Shown here piece by piece: positions 38,925 through 48,495 of a DNA stretch of 64,000 nucleotides (its first letter is position 1; each line of letters starts with the position of its first letter). Source of the DNA: Candidatus Thermofontivivens primus (GTDB lineage Bacteria; Sysuimicrobiota; Sysuimicrobiia; Sysuimicrobiales; Thermofontiviventaceae). The position numbers were made by a program, and so were the translations under genes. The notes below the pieces were generated by a model. The model did not search any database. It was not told where the DNA came from and saw only the letters and a program-made list of their open reading frames with translations. The stretch is taken from NCBI GenBank assembly GCA_031458695.1, contig JAVKJW010000001.1, positions 32,001 to 96,000 on the forward strand. The letters run 5' to 3'.

Positions 38925-40100
38925 CTACCGGTCCACATCTCCCAGGACGATGTCCAGGCTGGCGATGGCCACGATTACATCGCTCAGGAGGCTCCCAATC
39001 ACCATCCGCGGCAGGGCTTGCAGGTTATAGAATGACGGGGCCCGCACCCGCACTCGCACAGGGCGGTTGCTCCCATCGCTGACAATGTAGTACCCCTTCT
39101 CCCCCCTTGGTGACTCCACGGCGACGTAGACCTCCCCCTTCGGGGGATGGATCCCTTCGCTTACCAGCTTGAAGTGGTGGATCACCGCCTCCATGCTCCG
39201 GACTAGCTCATGGCGCGGGGGAAGAGCGACCTTCCGGTCGTTTGTGAGGACAGGGCCGTCGGGTAATCTGTCAAGGGCCTGGAGGACGATGCGCCGGCTC
39301 TCTTTCATCTCTGCCATGCGCACGAGGTAGCGGTCGTAGGCATCCCCGTTCTTACCCACGGGAACGTCAAAAGCGAAGTCCTCGTAACTACTGTAGGGGA
39401 AGGCCTTCCGCACGTCATAGGGGATCCCTGAACCCCGGAGTACAGGCCCCGTGCAGCCGTAGCTCAGCGCGTCCTCCTTGGGGAGCACGGCGACTCCCTC
39501 GTAGCGCTGGCGCCAGATGAGGTTATCGTTGAGGAGGGTCTCGTACTCCTCGATGCGTCGAGGGAAGTCGTCCAGGAAGGCCCGGGTCCGCTCGACGAAC
39601 CCATCAGGGAGGTCCCACTGGAGACCTCCAATCCGGAAGTACCCAGGCATCATGCGTTGCCCTGAGACCATTTCAAACAGGTCTAGGATCTCCTCGCGAT
39701 CACGGAAGCAGTACATATAGACGCTACTCACATTCAGTTCCAAGGCGCTCGTACCCAACCAAACCAGGTGGCTGGCGATACGGTTCAGCTCGCACAGGAT
39801 CACCCGGATATACTGGGCCCGCTTGGGGACGTCGATCCCCAAGAGCTTCTCCACCGCAAGCACGTAGGCGAGCTCCTCGTGGAAGGCGGCGAGGTACTCG
39901 ATGCGGTCCACGAGGTTGATGTTCTGGTGGTAGGTTCGGTACTCCATCTCCTTCTCGATCCCCGTGTGCAAGTACCCAATCACCGGCGTGCACCCCACCA
40001 CCGTCTCCCCGGCGACTTCGAGGATCACCCGCAGGACCCCGTGCGTGCTCGGATGCTGGGGCCCCATATTAAGGGTGAGCGTTTCCCTAGCGGCCTCCAT
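38925..40100 (-). CDS. nuoD: NADH-quinone oxidoreductase subunit D
   Basis: NMGPQHPSTHGVLR, GYLHTGIEK, GDVDR. Confidence 0.97.
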   Translation of the reverse strand: MEAARETLTLNMGPQHPSTHGVLRVILEVAGETVVGCTPVIGYLHTGIEKEMEYRTYHQNINLVDRIEYLAAFHEELAYVLAVEKLLGIDVPKRAQYIRVILCELNRIASHLVWLGTSALELNVSSVYMYCFRDREEILDLFEMVSGQRMMPGYFRIGGLQWDLPDGFVERTRAFLDDFPRRIEEYETLLNDNLIWRQRYEGVAVLPKEDALSYGCTGPVLRGSGIPYDVRKAFPYSSYEDFAFDVPVGKNGDAYDRYLVRMAEMKESRRIVLQALDRLPDGPVLTNDRKVALPPRHELVRSMEAVIHHFKLVSEGIHPPKGEVYVAVESPRGEKGYYIVSDGSNRPVRVRVRAPSFYNLQALPRMVIGSLLSDVIVAIASLDIVLGDVDR

Positions 40101-40675
40101 CAACGAGCTCCCTCGTCTCTTCCATCAAAGCTCCCAAAGGGGTTTGCGGAGATGCCCTCTGCCTTTCCCTTCGGAACAATCTTCGCCGGGGGCTTGGGTT
40201 CGACCCCGCGAAATTCCACAGGCTCATCTGAGAGAGGGTAATCTTTGCGGAGAGGATGCCCCTCCCAGTCGTCAGGCAGGAGGATCCGGCGGAGGTCCGG
40301 GTGACCGGAGAACCGGATGCCATAGAGATCATAGACCTCCCTTTCCGCCCAGTTCGCAGAGGGCCAGATCACCGCTACTGAGGGAACCACAGGGTCTAAC
40401 CCGGGAACCTGGACCTTCAAGCGCAGGCGGTCTGGTGGGAAGAGGCAGGTAAGGTGGTACACCACCTCAAACCTGGGCTCGGCAGGGAACCTGTCCACCG
40501 CAGTGAGATCCGTGAGCATCCATGGCCCTCCGGCCTCCTTGGCGATGGACAGTGCCTCGAGAATCGCCTCCCGCGCAACGACGAGAGTCATCTCTCCACG
40601 GGAGGAGGACTCCTCCACAATCCCCCAAGGAAGGCGCTCTTGGATCATGCTGAGAAGGCTGTGAGACCGACCCAC
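40100..40675 (-). CDS. nuoC: NADH-quinone oxidoreductase subunit C
   Basis: WAEREVYDLYGI.FSGHPDLRRIL, GHPLRKDYP. Confidence 0.96.
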   Translation of the reverse strand: MGRSHSLLSMIQERLPWGIVEESSSRGEMTLVVAREAILEALSIAKEAGGPWMLTDLTAVDRFPAEPRFEVVYHLTCLFPPDRLRLKVQVPGLDPVVPSVAVIWPSANWAEREVYDLYGIRFSGHPDLRRILLPDDWEGHPLRKDYPLSDEPVEFRGVEPKPPAKIVPKGKAEGISANPFGSFDGRDEGAR

Positions 40676-40726
40676 GCGTTCTCCTCGCTTGCGTACCGAA
40701 AAACCTGTTTGACTCTTGCCTGGGAC

Positions 40727-41257
40727 CTACTTCCCTTCTCTCCCGTTGGTAGCCCGATCCCCACAGGAGCGACCGATCTTCTCCTGGAGCTTCATCAGCC
40801 CGTACAGCAAAGCCTCTGGCCGAGGTGGGCACCCGGCGACGTAGACGTCCACTGGGACGATGCGATCGACACCCTGCACCACGGCGTAGTTATTGTACAG
40901 CCCGCCACAGGAAGCGCAGTCCCCCATCGCAATGACCCACTTAGGTTCCAGCATCTGGTCATAGATATGCCGGAGGACAGGAGCCATCTTCTGGCTCACC
41001 CGGCCCGCGACGATCATCAGGTCGGACTGACGGGGCGAAGCACGCATGACCTCCATCCCAAACCTAGCCATGTCGAACCGTGAGGCCGCCGTGGCCATCA
41101 TCTCAATGGCACAACAGGCAAGCCCAAACTGGACTGGCCAGATGGAGCTACGTCGCGCCCACGCCAGCATGCGCTCCACGGTCGTAGTGAGGACGTTCCG
41201 CTCGAGGTCCTTGGAGAGCTCGTCAAGGTCCAAACCGTTACCGGTGCTCACTCCCAT
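40727..41257 (-). CDS. nuoB: NADH-quinone oxidoreductase subunit B
   Basis: [28 protein letters not shown]. Confidence 0.97.
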   Translation of the reverse strand: MGVSTGNGLDLDELSKDLERNVLTTTVERMLAWARRSSIWPVQFGLACCAIEMMATAASRFDMARFGMEVMRASPRQSDLMIVAGRVSQKMAPVLRHIYDQMLEPKWVIAMGDCASCGGLYNNYAVVQGVDRIVPVDVYVAGCPPRPEALLYGLMKLQEKIGRSCGDRATNGREGK

Positions 41258-41610
41258 TCCAATGCCCTCCTCTGCCAGGCGTACCAGAACCCAATGAGGA
41301 GCACGCCGAGGAAGATCGCCATCTCCACAAGGCCCGGGATCCCCAGGACACGGTAGAGCACCGCCCAGGGGTAAAGGAAGACAATCTCCACATCGAATAG
41401 GAGAAAGAGCATGGCGATGACGTAATAGCGGACGGGAACCCGCTCCCGCGCAGTGCCAATGGGCCAGACCCCGCTCTCGTAAGGAAGGACCTTCTCGGGG
41501 TTCGGCCGCCGCCCGCCAACCAGGGCATGCAATGCGAGGAGAAGCCCTGTGAGGGCAACAACAAGCAGGAAGTGGATTCCAATGGGGAGATAGCCCTCCA
41601 AACCATTCAC
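41248..41610 (-). CDS. nuoA: NADH-quinone oxidoreductase subunit A
   Basis: [25 protein letters not shown]. Confidence 0.96.
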   Translation of the reverse strand: MNGLEGYLPIGIHFLLVVALTGLLLALHALVGGRRPNPEKVLPYESGVWPIGTARERVPVRYYVIAMLFLLFDVEIVFLYPWAVLYRVLGIPGLVEMAIFLGVLLIGFWYAWQRRALEWE

Positions 41611-41653
41611 CGGCCTTCCCGGTTCTTCCGATACCGTGCGTGCAATCAAAACT

Positions 41654-41682
41654 ATCTTGGCAGAGAGGATGGAGGATGTCAA
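41654..41682 (-). promoter_or_regulatory. Sigma70-type promoter of nuo operon
   Basis: TTGACA-N17-CAAGAT. Confidence 0.55.
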
Positions 41683-41725
41683 GGCAAGGCGCAGGCTCTG
41701 GCCGTTCTGGGGGGATCACAGGTGC

Positions 41726-42862
41726 TCAACGCACCCGGGCGAGCTCAAGGATCTCGGATAGCGCTTCCACCACGTAGTCGAGATCCTCTTCGGTTGTCGC
41801 CCTCCCCATAGAGAACCGGACGGTTCCCGCAGCGATCTCGGGGGGAAGCCCGATCGCCTCAAGGACGTGGGAGGGCTCCAAAGTCCCGGAGGTACAAGCT
41901 GAGCCGCTGCTTGCTGCCACCCCTCGTAGGTCGAGGGCAAGAAGGATGGACTCGCTGTCCATCCCCTTAAAGGAAACGTTCACATTGTTGGGGAGTCTGC
42001 AGGTGGGATGGCCGTTCAGGGTGACTTCCCCAAGAGAGAGGAGCGCTGTGATGAACCGGTCCCGGAGTCGGGTGAGAGTAGCCGCCTCCTCGGCCATCAC
42101 CTCTTGTGCAATCTCCATAGCCTTGCCAAAACCGACGATCGCAGGAACGTTCTCCGTCCCCGCCCTCCGGTTGCGCTCCTGGGATCCCCCGCGTAGGATC
42201 GGAGCGATGGGGGTCCCCTGACGGACGTACAAGGCTCCTACACCCTTGGGCCCATACCGCTTGTGCGCAGACATCGAGAGAAGGTCTACCTTCAGGGCAT
42301 CGACGTGCACAGGGAGAATTCCCACCGTCTGGGTGGCGTCGGTATGGAAGGGAATCCCGTGCTCCCGCGCGATCTCACCAATCTCTTCAATGGGCTCGAT
42401 GGTTCCGATCTCGTTGTTGGCATGCATCACGGAGATCAAGATGGTGTCCGGCCGAATCGCCCTGCGTACCTCGTCAGGATCAACAAGCCCGTACCGATCC
42501 ACTGGGAGGTAAGTCACCTCAAAACCTCTCGACTCCAGGAAACGGCAGGGCTCTAGGACCGCATGGTGCTCGATGCGCGTTGTGATGATATGACCCTTCC
42601 CTTCGCTCGCCAGGGCGGTTCCCAAGATGGCCAGGTTATCCGCCTCCGTGGCTCCGCTTGTGAACACGATCTCGGAAGGAGTTGCGCCAATGGTAGCCGC
42701 TACGATCTCCCGGGCGTGGTCAATAGCTCCCCTGGCTTCCTGCCCCCAGGCGTGGATGCTCCCAGCATTCCCAAAGCGCTCCCGGAAGTATGGGAGCATG
42801 GCCTCGAGGACTCGTGGATCCACAGGCGTTGTGGCGGCGTGATCCAAATAAACCCGGCGCAT
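41726..42862 (-). CDS. iscS: Cysteine desulfurase (IscS/NifS family)
   Basis: YLDHAATTP, SAHKRYGPKG, SSGSACTS. Confidence 0.93.
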   Translation of the reverse strand: MRRVYLDHAATTPVDPRVLEAMLPYFRERFGNAGSIHAWGQEARGAIDHAREIVAATIGATPSEIVFTSGATEADNLAILGTALASEGKGHIITTRIEHHAVLEPCRFLESRGFEVTYLPVDRYGLVDPDEVRRAIRPDTILISVMHANNEIGTIEPIEEIGEIAREHGIPFHTDATQTVGILPVHVDALKVDLLSMSAHKRYGPKGVGALYVRQGTPIAPILRGGSQERNRRAGTENVPAIVGFGKAMEIAQEVMAEEAATLTRLRDRFITALLSLGEVTLNGHPTCRLPNNVNVSFKGMDSESILLALDLRGVAASSGSACTSGTLEPSHVLEAIGLPPEIAAGTVRFSMGRATTEEDLDYVVEALSEILELARVR

Positions 42863-42948
42863 CGTGGACCCCTCCCTCCACGAACGGCTACAACACCGTG
42901 CAGAGACAGCCGGCGAAAACCTTCAGGACCCCGCACGATGGGAGATAC

Positions 42949-43290
42949 CTACGGCTCGAGATCTTTGACAACGACGGGGAGAGGAAGGGCAACTGCGATC
43001 CGGCGTGGTCTCCGGCGATCGATGATCCACCCCTTCCCCTCACGATGGGAGGTGGAAGCGCGGAGCTTGGCTTTTACTTCCCGCAGAGGGACCTTCCGCT
43101 TGGTGACAAGGTAGCGGATGAATTGTAACCGCTCGATATCCCGCCACGAGTAGAGCCGGAACCCAGTATGACGATCACGATAGGGGCTTACGAGGCCCTT
43201 CGCCTCCCAGGAGCGCAGGGTAGAAGGGGAACACCCAATCAAACCTGCCACCACACCAATGGGGAAAAGCGGTCGGCTTAGATCCCTCAT
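42949..43290 (-). CDS. MerR-family (HspR-like) transcriptional regulator
   Basis: FPIGVVAGLIGCSPSTLRSWEAKGLVSP, RLYSWRDI; RBS GGAGG. Confidence 0.85.
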   Translation of the reverse strand: MRDLSRPLFPIGVVAGLIGCSPSTLRSWEAKGLVSPYRDRHTGFRLYSWRDIERLQFIRYLVTKRKVPLREVKAKLRASTSHREGKGWIIDRRRPRRIAVALPLPVVVKDLEP

Positions 43291-43347
43291 GCGTTTGCCT
43301 CCTCAGGATTGATTCCAACTCGAAGGCCCAGTTCTTCCAGAGGGGAA

Positions 43348-43421
43348 CTCTGGCAAAAGTTCAGACTTTTGCCAGAGGGATTTTACACAGGGATAGTATA
43401 CCACGGCAGGGATCTCCCTGC
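43348..43421 (-). promoter_or_regulatory. Extended -10 promoter flanked by two palindromes upstream of MerR gene
   Basis: TGG-TATACT (43395-43403); palindrome GCAGGGA-N2-TCCCTGC (43406-43421); perfect 13-bp IR 43348-43377. Confidence 0.55.
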
Positions 43422-43452
43422 GCAGGAGCAAACATATGTTCGCTCGTAGGTG

Positions 43453-44277
43453 TTAAGGAAGTGGAAGAGGGGAACGGCTCCGCGCGGTGAAGGTCCAAAT
43501 CTGAGTATACCCGGCTTCCCTGATGAGAGCGAGGATTCTGTCGAAATCCCTCCCCACATGGTCGGGCTCGTGGGCGTCAGAGCTTGGCACCACGGGAACG
43601 CCGAGCCTGGCCAGGATCCTAAGAATCTGTGGGCCAGGATAGACCTCCCTAACAGGCTTGTACCACCCGGCCGAGCTCACCTCCACGCAAACCCCTGCCC
43701 GCCAGAGAACCCGGGCTACCTCCTCATACAGCGCGGTCATCTCCTCAGATGGACGGTACCCGAAGATCTTCACCACATCCACGTGGCCGATCACGTCGAA
43801 AAGTCCTGAAGCAGCGGCCGCCTCAATGTGACGGAAGTACTGGTGGTAGACCTGGGCGGGGTCTTGTCGGTCCCATTCCTCCCGTTCATTGGGGTCATCT
43901 ATGGCCCACCACCTTCTCTCATTGCGCAACCAGTGGACCGAGCCAATAGCATAGTCCCATGGATAGGCTTCAAGGATGCGAGCAACCTCCTCCTCATGGC
44001 CAGGGATGTAGTCCCACTCCATCCCCAGCTTCACAGGAAAACCCAGCTCCTTCGCCTGCTCTACCAGGCGCACATATTCCTCTAATCTCCGCGCCCACTG
44101 GGCATCTATCCAAGGGTTTTCGGTGGGATAGATCCCGCGGCACTCCCGGAAGTGATAGGGGTGTTCACTGAACCCAATCTCCCGGAGCCCGCGCCCTGTG
44201 GCAACGCGCACGAACTCCCTCAGGTAGTCCAGGGAGAAAGGCCCACGCTCTAAGTGGATGTGATAGTCAACAGGCAT
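43453..44277 (-). CDS. PHP-family histidinol-phosphatase (HisK/HisJ-like)
   Basis: DYHIH, GFSEH, IGSVH, GHVD, SSDAH. Confidence 0.85.
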   Translation of the reverse strand: MPVDYHIHLERGPFSLDYLREFVRVATGRGLREIGFSEHPYHFRECRGIYPTENPWIDAQWARRLEEYVRLVEQAKELGFPVKLGMEWDYIPGHEEEVARILEAYPWDYAIGSVHWLRNERRWWAIDDPNEREEWDRQDPAQVYHQYFRHIEAAAASGLFDVIGHVDVVKIFGYRPSEEMTALYEEVARVLWRAGVCVEVSSAGWYKPVREVYPGPQILRILARLGVPVVPSSDAHEPDHVGRDFDRILALIREAGYTQIWTFTARSRSPLPLP

Positions 44278-44285
44278 GGCTATCC

Positions 44286-45038
44286 TCAGCGCATCACGAT
44301 CCCGCCGTCGATCACCAGGGTCTGCCCAGTGATATACTCTGCATCCTTCGACGCAAGGAACAGCACGCCTTCTGCAACTTCTTCCGGGAGACCCACACGC
44401 CGGAGGGGGATCGCTGCGGCAAACCTTTGGCGGATCTCCTCGGTCCACTCCTCCGGTTTGCTGTCGATGATCCCAGGGACAACGCAGTTGACGCGCACAG
44501 TAGGGGCTAGTTCGTAGCTCATCCGTTTGGTCAGCATGATCACACCGGCCTTGCTGGCTGCGTAGGGGACAGAGGTATCATAACCGGGGTAAGGGTGCAA
44601 ACCCCCGCCGGAGGCGATATTGATGATGACGCCGGAACCCTGGGCGAGCATCACCCTCGCTGCGGCCTGGGAGCAGAGGAAGGTTCCCTTGAGGTTCGTC
44701 CCTAGGACGAAGTCCCATAACTCCTCGCTCACCTCAAGCAAAGGCTTCGAGGTGAACACCGCGGCATTGTTCACGAGCACATCCAGTCGGCCAAACTTCC
44801 TGACGACCTCCTGGACCATTCCCTCGACATCTCGCCGGTTGCTGACGTCTGCGCGCACGGCGATCGCTTCCCCTCCCGCTTTCTGGATCTCCGCCACGGT
44901 TCGTATGGCGCCCACTTCGGACATACGATAGTTGACCACGACCTTCGCTCCTTCTTGTCCAAAAGCTATGGCGATGGCCCGCCCGATCCCGCGCCCCCCT
45001 CCTGTGACGAGCACGACCTGGTCTTTGAACCTTCCCAT
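44286..45038 (-). CDS. SDR-family oxidoreductase (FabG-like)
   Basis: TGGGRGIG, NNA, YAASK. Confidence 0.92.
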   Translation of the reverse strand: MGRFKDQVVLVTGGGRGIGRAIAIAFGQEGAKVVVNYRMSEVGAIRTVAEIQKAGGEAIAVRADVSNRRDVEGMVQEVVRKFGRLDVLVNNAAVFTSKPLLEVSEELWDFVLGTNLKGTFLCSQAAARVMLAQGSGVIINIASGGGLHPYPGYDTSVPYAASKAGVIMLTKRMSYELAPTVRVNCVVPGIIDSKPEEWTEEIRQRFAAAIPLRRVGLPEEVAEGVLFLASKDAEYITGQTLVIDGGIVMR

Positions 45039-45093
45039 GGTCTCCTCCTCAGCGTTTCGGGAAAATTGGATTGTTGTGCATGTGGGGGTAGGG

Positions 45094-45807
45094 TTAAGGC
45101 TGGCCGTGGCGCACGCGCCGCACAAAGACCTCCTTGGCTGGGTGGTCTGAGGTCAGGATTGCCTGGGCGACCTGTTCCCGGTCATACTCGACCCGCCGCA
45201 GCTCCACCTCCCACCCATTCTGGGAATAGGTGAACACGCCATAGCTCGCCCGCGGGTCGCCGTCCAAGGGGAACCCCACACTCCCCACATTGACCAGGAG
45301 GCGATCCCCTACCACTCTCTGGTAGGCTCTGTGAATATGCCCGTAGACAAGCACCTTGCAGGATGCTGCATCCACGGCTCTCCTGGCCTCCTCCTCTGAA
45401 GCATCTGGAAGGAGCGAAGCCTCGATGTCCCATGGGGTGGCGTGGACGAGGACGAGGTCGTCCCCTGTAAGAGAGATCTTGTGGGAGAAAGGGAGCCCTT
45501 CCAGGTAGCGGATGTGTTCTTCCGAGAGATATTTCCTCGTCCACTGCACAAGGGGGGTGGCCATCTGCATCCGCGCCCATCCTTGCACGATCCACTCGTC
45601 GGTATTCCCCCGGATAACCCCGAAGTTCCCGCCCCGGATGCGGTTCACGCACTCCGCTGCGTGCGGGCCACCGAACGCAAGATCCCCGGCGATGAGAATG
45701 GTGTCCACATCTCCCAGTCTCTGGATGTCCTCAAGAACCGCCTCAAGCGCGGGAAGGTTTCCATGGACGTCGGAAAATATGGCAATGCGCATCCTCTCCC
45801 TCCTCAC
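45094..45807 (-). CDS. Metallophosphoesterase (YfcE-like)
   Basis: SDVHGN, GD, GNTD, GHIH, NVGSVG. Confidence 0.9.
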   Translation of the reverse strand: MRRERMRIAIFSDVHGNLPALEAVLEDIQRLGDVDTILIAGDLAFGGPHAAECVNRIRGGNFGVIRGNTDEWIVQGWARMQMATPLVQWTRKYLSEEHIRYLEGLPFSHKISLTGDDLVLVHATPWDIEASLLPDASEEEARRAVDAASCKVLVYGHIHRAYQRVVGDRLLVNVGSVGFPLDGDPRASYGVFTYSQNGWEVELRRVEYDREQVAQAILTSDHPAKEVFVRRVRHGQP

Positions 45808-46427
45808 CCTGAGAACACGACCTCCACGAACCCTTTGATGATCCGGGCGGTCGCGCCCCAGATGACATGTGTTCCATAGTAGTAGAAGTAGAGGGGGACA
45901 GCCCTCCCCTCCACGTACCGGTACGCCGTGCGCAGGTTGTCTTCCTGAAGGAAGAAGCTGAGGGGGACGGTGAGGATCTCGCGGATCTCCCGTGTGTTGG
46001 GTTGGAAGGAGTAAGGATAGGGGATGCGACCGACAAAGGGGGTAATGATGAACCCAGAAACCACCGTCTCCACGTCATCAAGGGTGCCCAGGATGGTCAC
46101 GTCCTCTGGTCGGATCCCCACCTCCTCCTGGGTCTCCCGGAGCACTGTGGCCAGAAGGTCAGGGTCCCCAGCTTCTGCAGCACCTCCGGGGAAAGAGATC
46201 TGCCCCTTGTGGTGCTCAACAGCCTCGGTGCGTCTCGTCAGGAGGAGATACGTCTCATCCTCCTGATGGAAAAGCGGAATCAACACCGCCGCCCGGCGGT
46301 GGCCACGGGCGGTCAAAACCCTGCGCGTCCTCGCAGCCAGGCGTTGCCGAATATGCTCGTCCAGATCTAACCCCATCCCCTGCCAACGCCAGGGAGACCG
46401 ATGTTCCCTCTCCACCTCTTCCCTCAC
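45804..46427 (-). CDS. Nudix hydrolase, CoA pyrophosphatase family
   Basis: AAVLIPL, HKGQISFPGG, LRETQEEVGI, IWGATA. Confidence 0.92.
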   Translation of the reverse strand: MREEVEREHRSPWRWQGMGLDLDEHIRQRLAARTRRVLTARGHRRAAVLIPLFHQEDETYLLLTRRTEAVEHHKGQISFPGGAAEAGDPDLLATVLRETQEEVGIRPEDVTILGTLDDVETVVSGFIITPFVGRIPYPYSFQPNTREIREILTVPLSFFLQEDNLRTAYRYVEGRAVPLYFYYYGTHVIWGATARIIKGFVEVVFSG

Positions 46428-46687
46428 GTGCGCACCGCCTTGCGACCGCCCAGACGGTCAAGAAAGCGCAGGATCTTGCGGGAGATGTGGTTCTCCGGTT
46501 TCCCAATGGACCAGTCGCGCAGGAACGCAAGCCCAAGCGCCCCCCAAAGGGCGAGGACGAAGAACACGACGACGAGTTGCAAGAATCCGCTGACGAGCTG
46601 TCCGAGCGTCACCGGTCCGTTCACCTCCCGTCCTTGAACGTACCCCTCCTCAGATTCTATGCGCTTCCCCTCCCGAAACGCAACCAC
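46424..46687 (-). CDS. Small hypothetical membrane protein (true start may be downstream)
   Basis: One hydrophobic segment; stop overlaps the Nudix start. Confidence 0.5.
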   Translation of the reverse strand: MVAFREGKRIESEEGYVQGREVNGPVTLGQLVSGFLQLVVVFFVLALWGALGLAFLRDWSIGKPENHISRKILRFLDRLGGRKAVRT

Positions 46688-46731
46688 CTTTCAGTTGGGA
46701 AGGATATTCTCGAGCGAAGGAGAAAACCCTG

Positions 46732-48255
46732 GTGAGGATGGAGGACGGGTTCATCTGTCAGGTGGGGAGCGTGCCAGGAGGCAGCGCGGGGGGGAAGCGA
46801 GAGATCTACCTCCTTAAGGCGAAGGAGCTGCCTCCGGAAGTCATTGCTGTCACCTTTGCCAAGACAAGCCGCAGCCCTCAATCATTTCGAGAGATTGCCT
46901 CAGAGCTCACAAGTGAAAAATCGGCGGAGTTCCACGAGAAGTGGGTCTTAGGATACGGCCACGCCTCTGTGGCCGAACACGCTGTCCTGCACATCGCCCT
47001 GGAGAACGTCTCCCGGCTCGCCATCGAGGCCCTGGAGTCGACCCGCCTCGCCTCCTACACGGAGAAGTCCACGCGCTACCAGATCTTCAGCGCGTTCTAC
47101 CTCCCTCGGAGGATCGTCCAATCTCCCTTCGCCGACCTGTATGTGGAGACGTGCAACCACCTGTTTGCGACCTACCACAGCTTCCTTGACCCCCTCCGGC
47201 GCCTCATCCAAGAATGGTACCCAAGAAGGGAAGGGGAGTCGGACCGGGCGTATGCAAGTCGCATCCATTCTCGATACATTGATGTGTGCCGTTACCTCCT
47301 TCCCTGTGCTACCCTTGCCAACGTAGGTGTGACCATCAACGCCAGGAGCCTTGAGCACATGATCTCCAAGATGCTCTCCCACCCTCTCGAGGAGGTACGG
47401 GCGATTGGAGAGGAGCTCAAGACTACTGCAGCCCAGGAAACTCCGACTCTGGTCAAGTACGCCGCCCCGAATCCCTACCTCATAGAAACCCAAGCCGTCC
47501 TCAAGGACCTTGCCAGAGGGGCAGGGAGGCAAGGGAGCATGGGAGAAGAAGAGGAATCTGTGCGACTTGTGGATTATACCCCCGACGCGGAGATCAAACT
47601 TGCGGCCAGCTTGCTCTATCGGTACGGAGGCGGTTCCTATCCTCAGGCCTTGCACTATGCGAGGAGCCTCCCCCGCCACGCACTGGAGCGGATTCTCCAG
47701 GAAGCCCTCTGTCGCCTGGGGCGGTTCGATGTCCCACTACGCGAGTTCGAACACATCACCTACACTTTCGACATCCTCTGCGACCAGGGAGCCTACTTCG
47801 ATCTGAAACGCCATCGCATGGCTACACAGTCCCCCCAGAGCCCAACTGTGGAGAATGGATATGCGATCCCCAAAGCCATTGAAGAAGCCGGGCTGCGCCC
47901 TGCTTTTGAGCAGTCCATGGAGATGGCCACAGAGGCCTACCGGCGTATCTCCAAGACATTCCCAGAGGAGGCCGCCTACCTCGTCACGAACGCGCACAAC
48001 CGGCGGTTCCTCCTCACCTGCAACCTCCGCGAGCTCTACCACCTCGTCTCGCTTCGGAGCCGGAGCAACGGGCATTTCGCTTACCGACGGATCGCCCTGC
48101 GGATGTACGAGCTGGTCAGAGAGGTCCACCCGCTTCTTGTGCGCTACCTTCCCCTGGAGCAGCCCGTCCCAACGAGCGAGGAGCTCACGGCGCAGTTCTT
48201 TGCGACAACCTGCCACATCCCCAAGTCAACGGAGTACACCAGCTCCAGGTCGTGA
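46732..48255 (+). CDS. thyX: Flavin-dependent thymidylate synthase, tandem two-domain form
   Basis: GHASVAEH, EKSTRY in domain 1; REFEH, LKRHR, NLREL...LRS in domain 2. Confidence 0.88.
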   Translation: MRMEDGFICQVGSVPGGSAGGKREIYLLKAKELPPEVIAVTFAKTSRSPQSFREIASELTSEKSAEFHEKWVLGYGHASVAEHAVLHIALENVSRLAIEALESTRLASYTEKSTRYQIFSAFYLPRRIVQSPFADLYVETCNHLFATYHSFLDPLRRLIQEWYPRREGESDRAYASRIHSRYIDVCRYLLPCATLANVGVTINARSLEHMISKMLSHPLEEVRAIGEELKTTAAQETPTLVKYAAPNPYLIETQAVLKDLARGAGRQGSMGEEEESVRLVDYTPDAEIKLAASLLYRYGGGSYPQALHYARSLPRHALERILQEALCRLGRFDVPLREFEHITYTFDILCDQGAYFDLKRHRMATQSPQSPTVENGYAIPKAIEEAGLRPAFEQSMEMATEAYRRISKTFPEEAAYLVTNAHNRRFLLTCNLRELYHLVSLRSRSNGHFAYRRIALRMYELVREVHPLLVRYLPLEQPVPTSEELTAQFFATTCHIPKSTEYTSSRS

Positions 48256-48320
48256 GGGAGAAAAGGGCAGCGCATAAGTCTCGGATCCAAGAGATGGGAG
48301 CAAGGGAAACCGTGGAAAAT

Positions 48321-48410
48321 AAAAAAGCCAGCGGCTGCGCTTTACCAAGTTAGGCCGGGTTACTCCAGCGGAGCACCTCCTCCCATCTCGGTACCCGCTT
48401 GCCGCTGGCA
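48321..48410 (-). ncRNA. Candidate small RNA: long imperfect hairpin ending in U-tract
   Basis: GCCAGCGGC/GCCGCTGGC closing stem, internal stems TACCGAG/CTTGGTA and GCTCC/GGAGT, T6 tail; promoter directly upstream. Confidence 0.5.
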
Positions 48411-48416
48411 ATGTTC

Positions 48417-48445
48417 ACGTTACCACAAGATTCCCCTCCCGTCAA
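48417..48445 (-). promoter_or_regulatory. Sigma70-type promoter for candidate sRNA
   Basis: TTGACG-N17-TAACGT with TG extension, ending 7 nt before the hairpin. Confidence 0.55.
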
Positions 48446-48495
48446 TCGTGAACGTATATTCGATACTGTACTCTGCAATTGGAAGGATCAAGCCC

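Noticed and set aside
40727..41719. 330-aa extended NuoB
   Set aside because: Upstream part overlaps nuoA in another frame; real start is ATG at 41257
48327..48409. SRP (4.5S) RNA assignment
   Set aside because: TTTACCAAGTTAGG resembles 4.5S RNA, but the conserved CAGG..GGAA..AGCAG domain IV is absent on both strands
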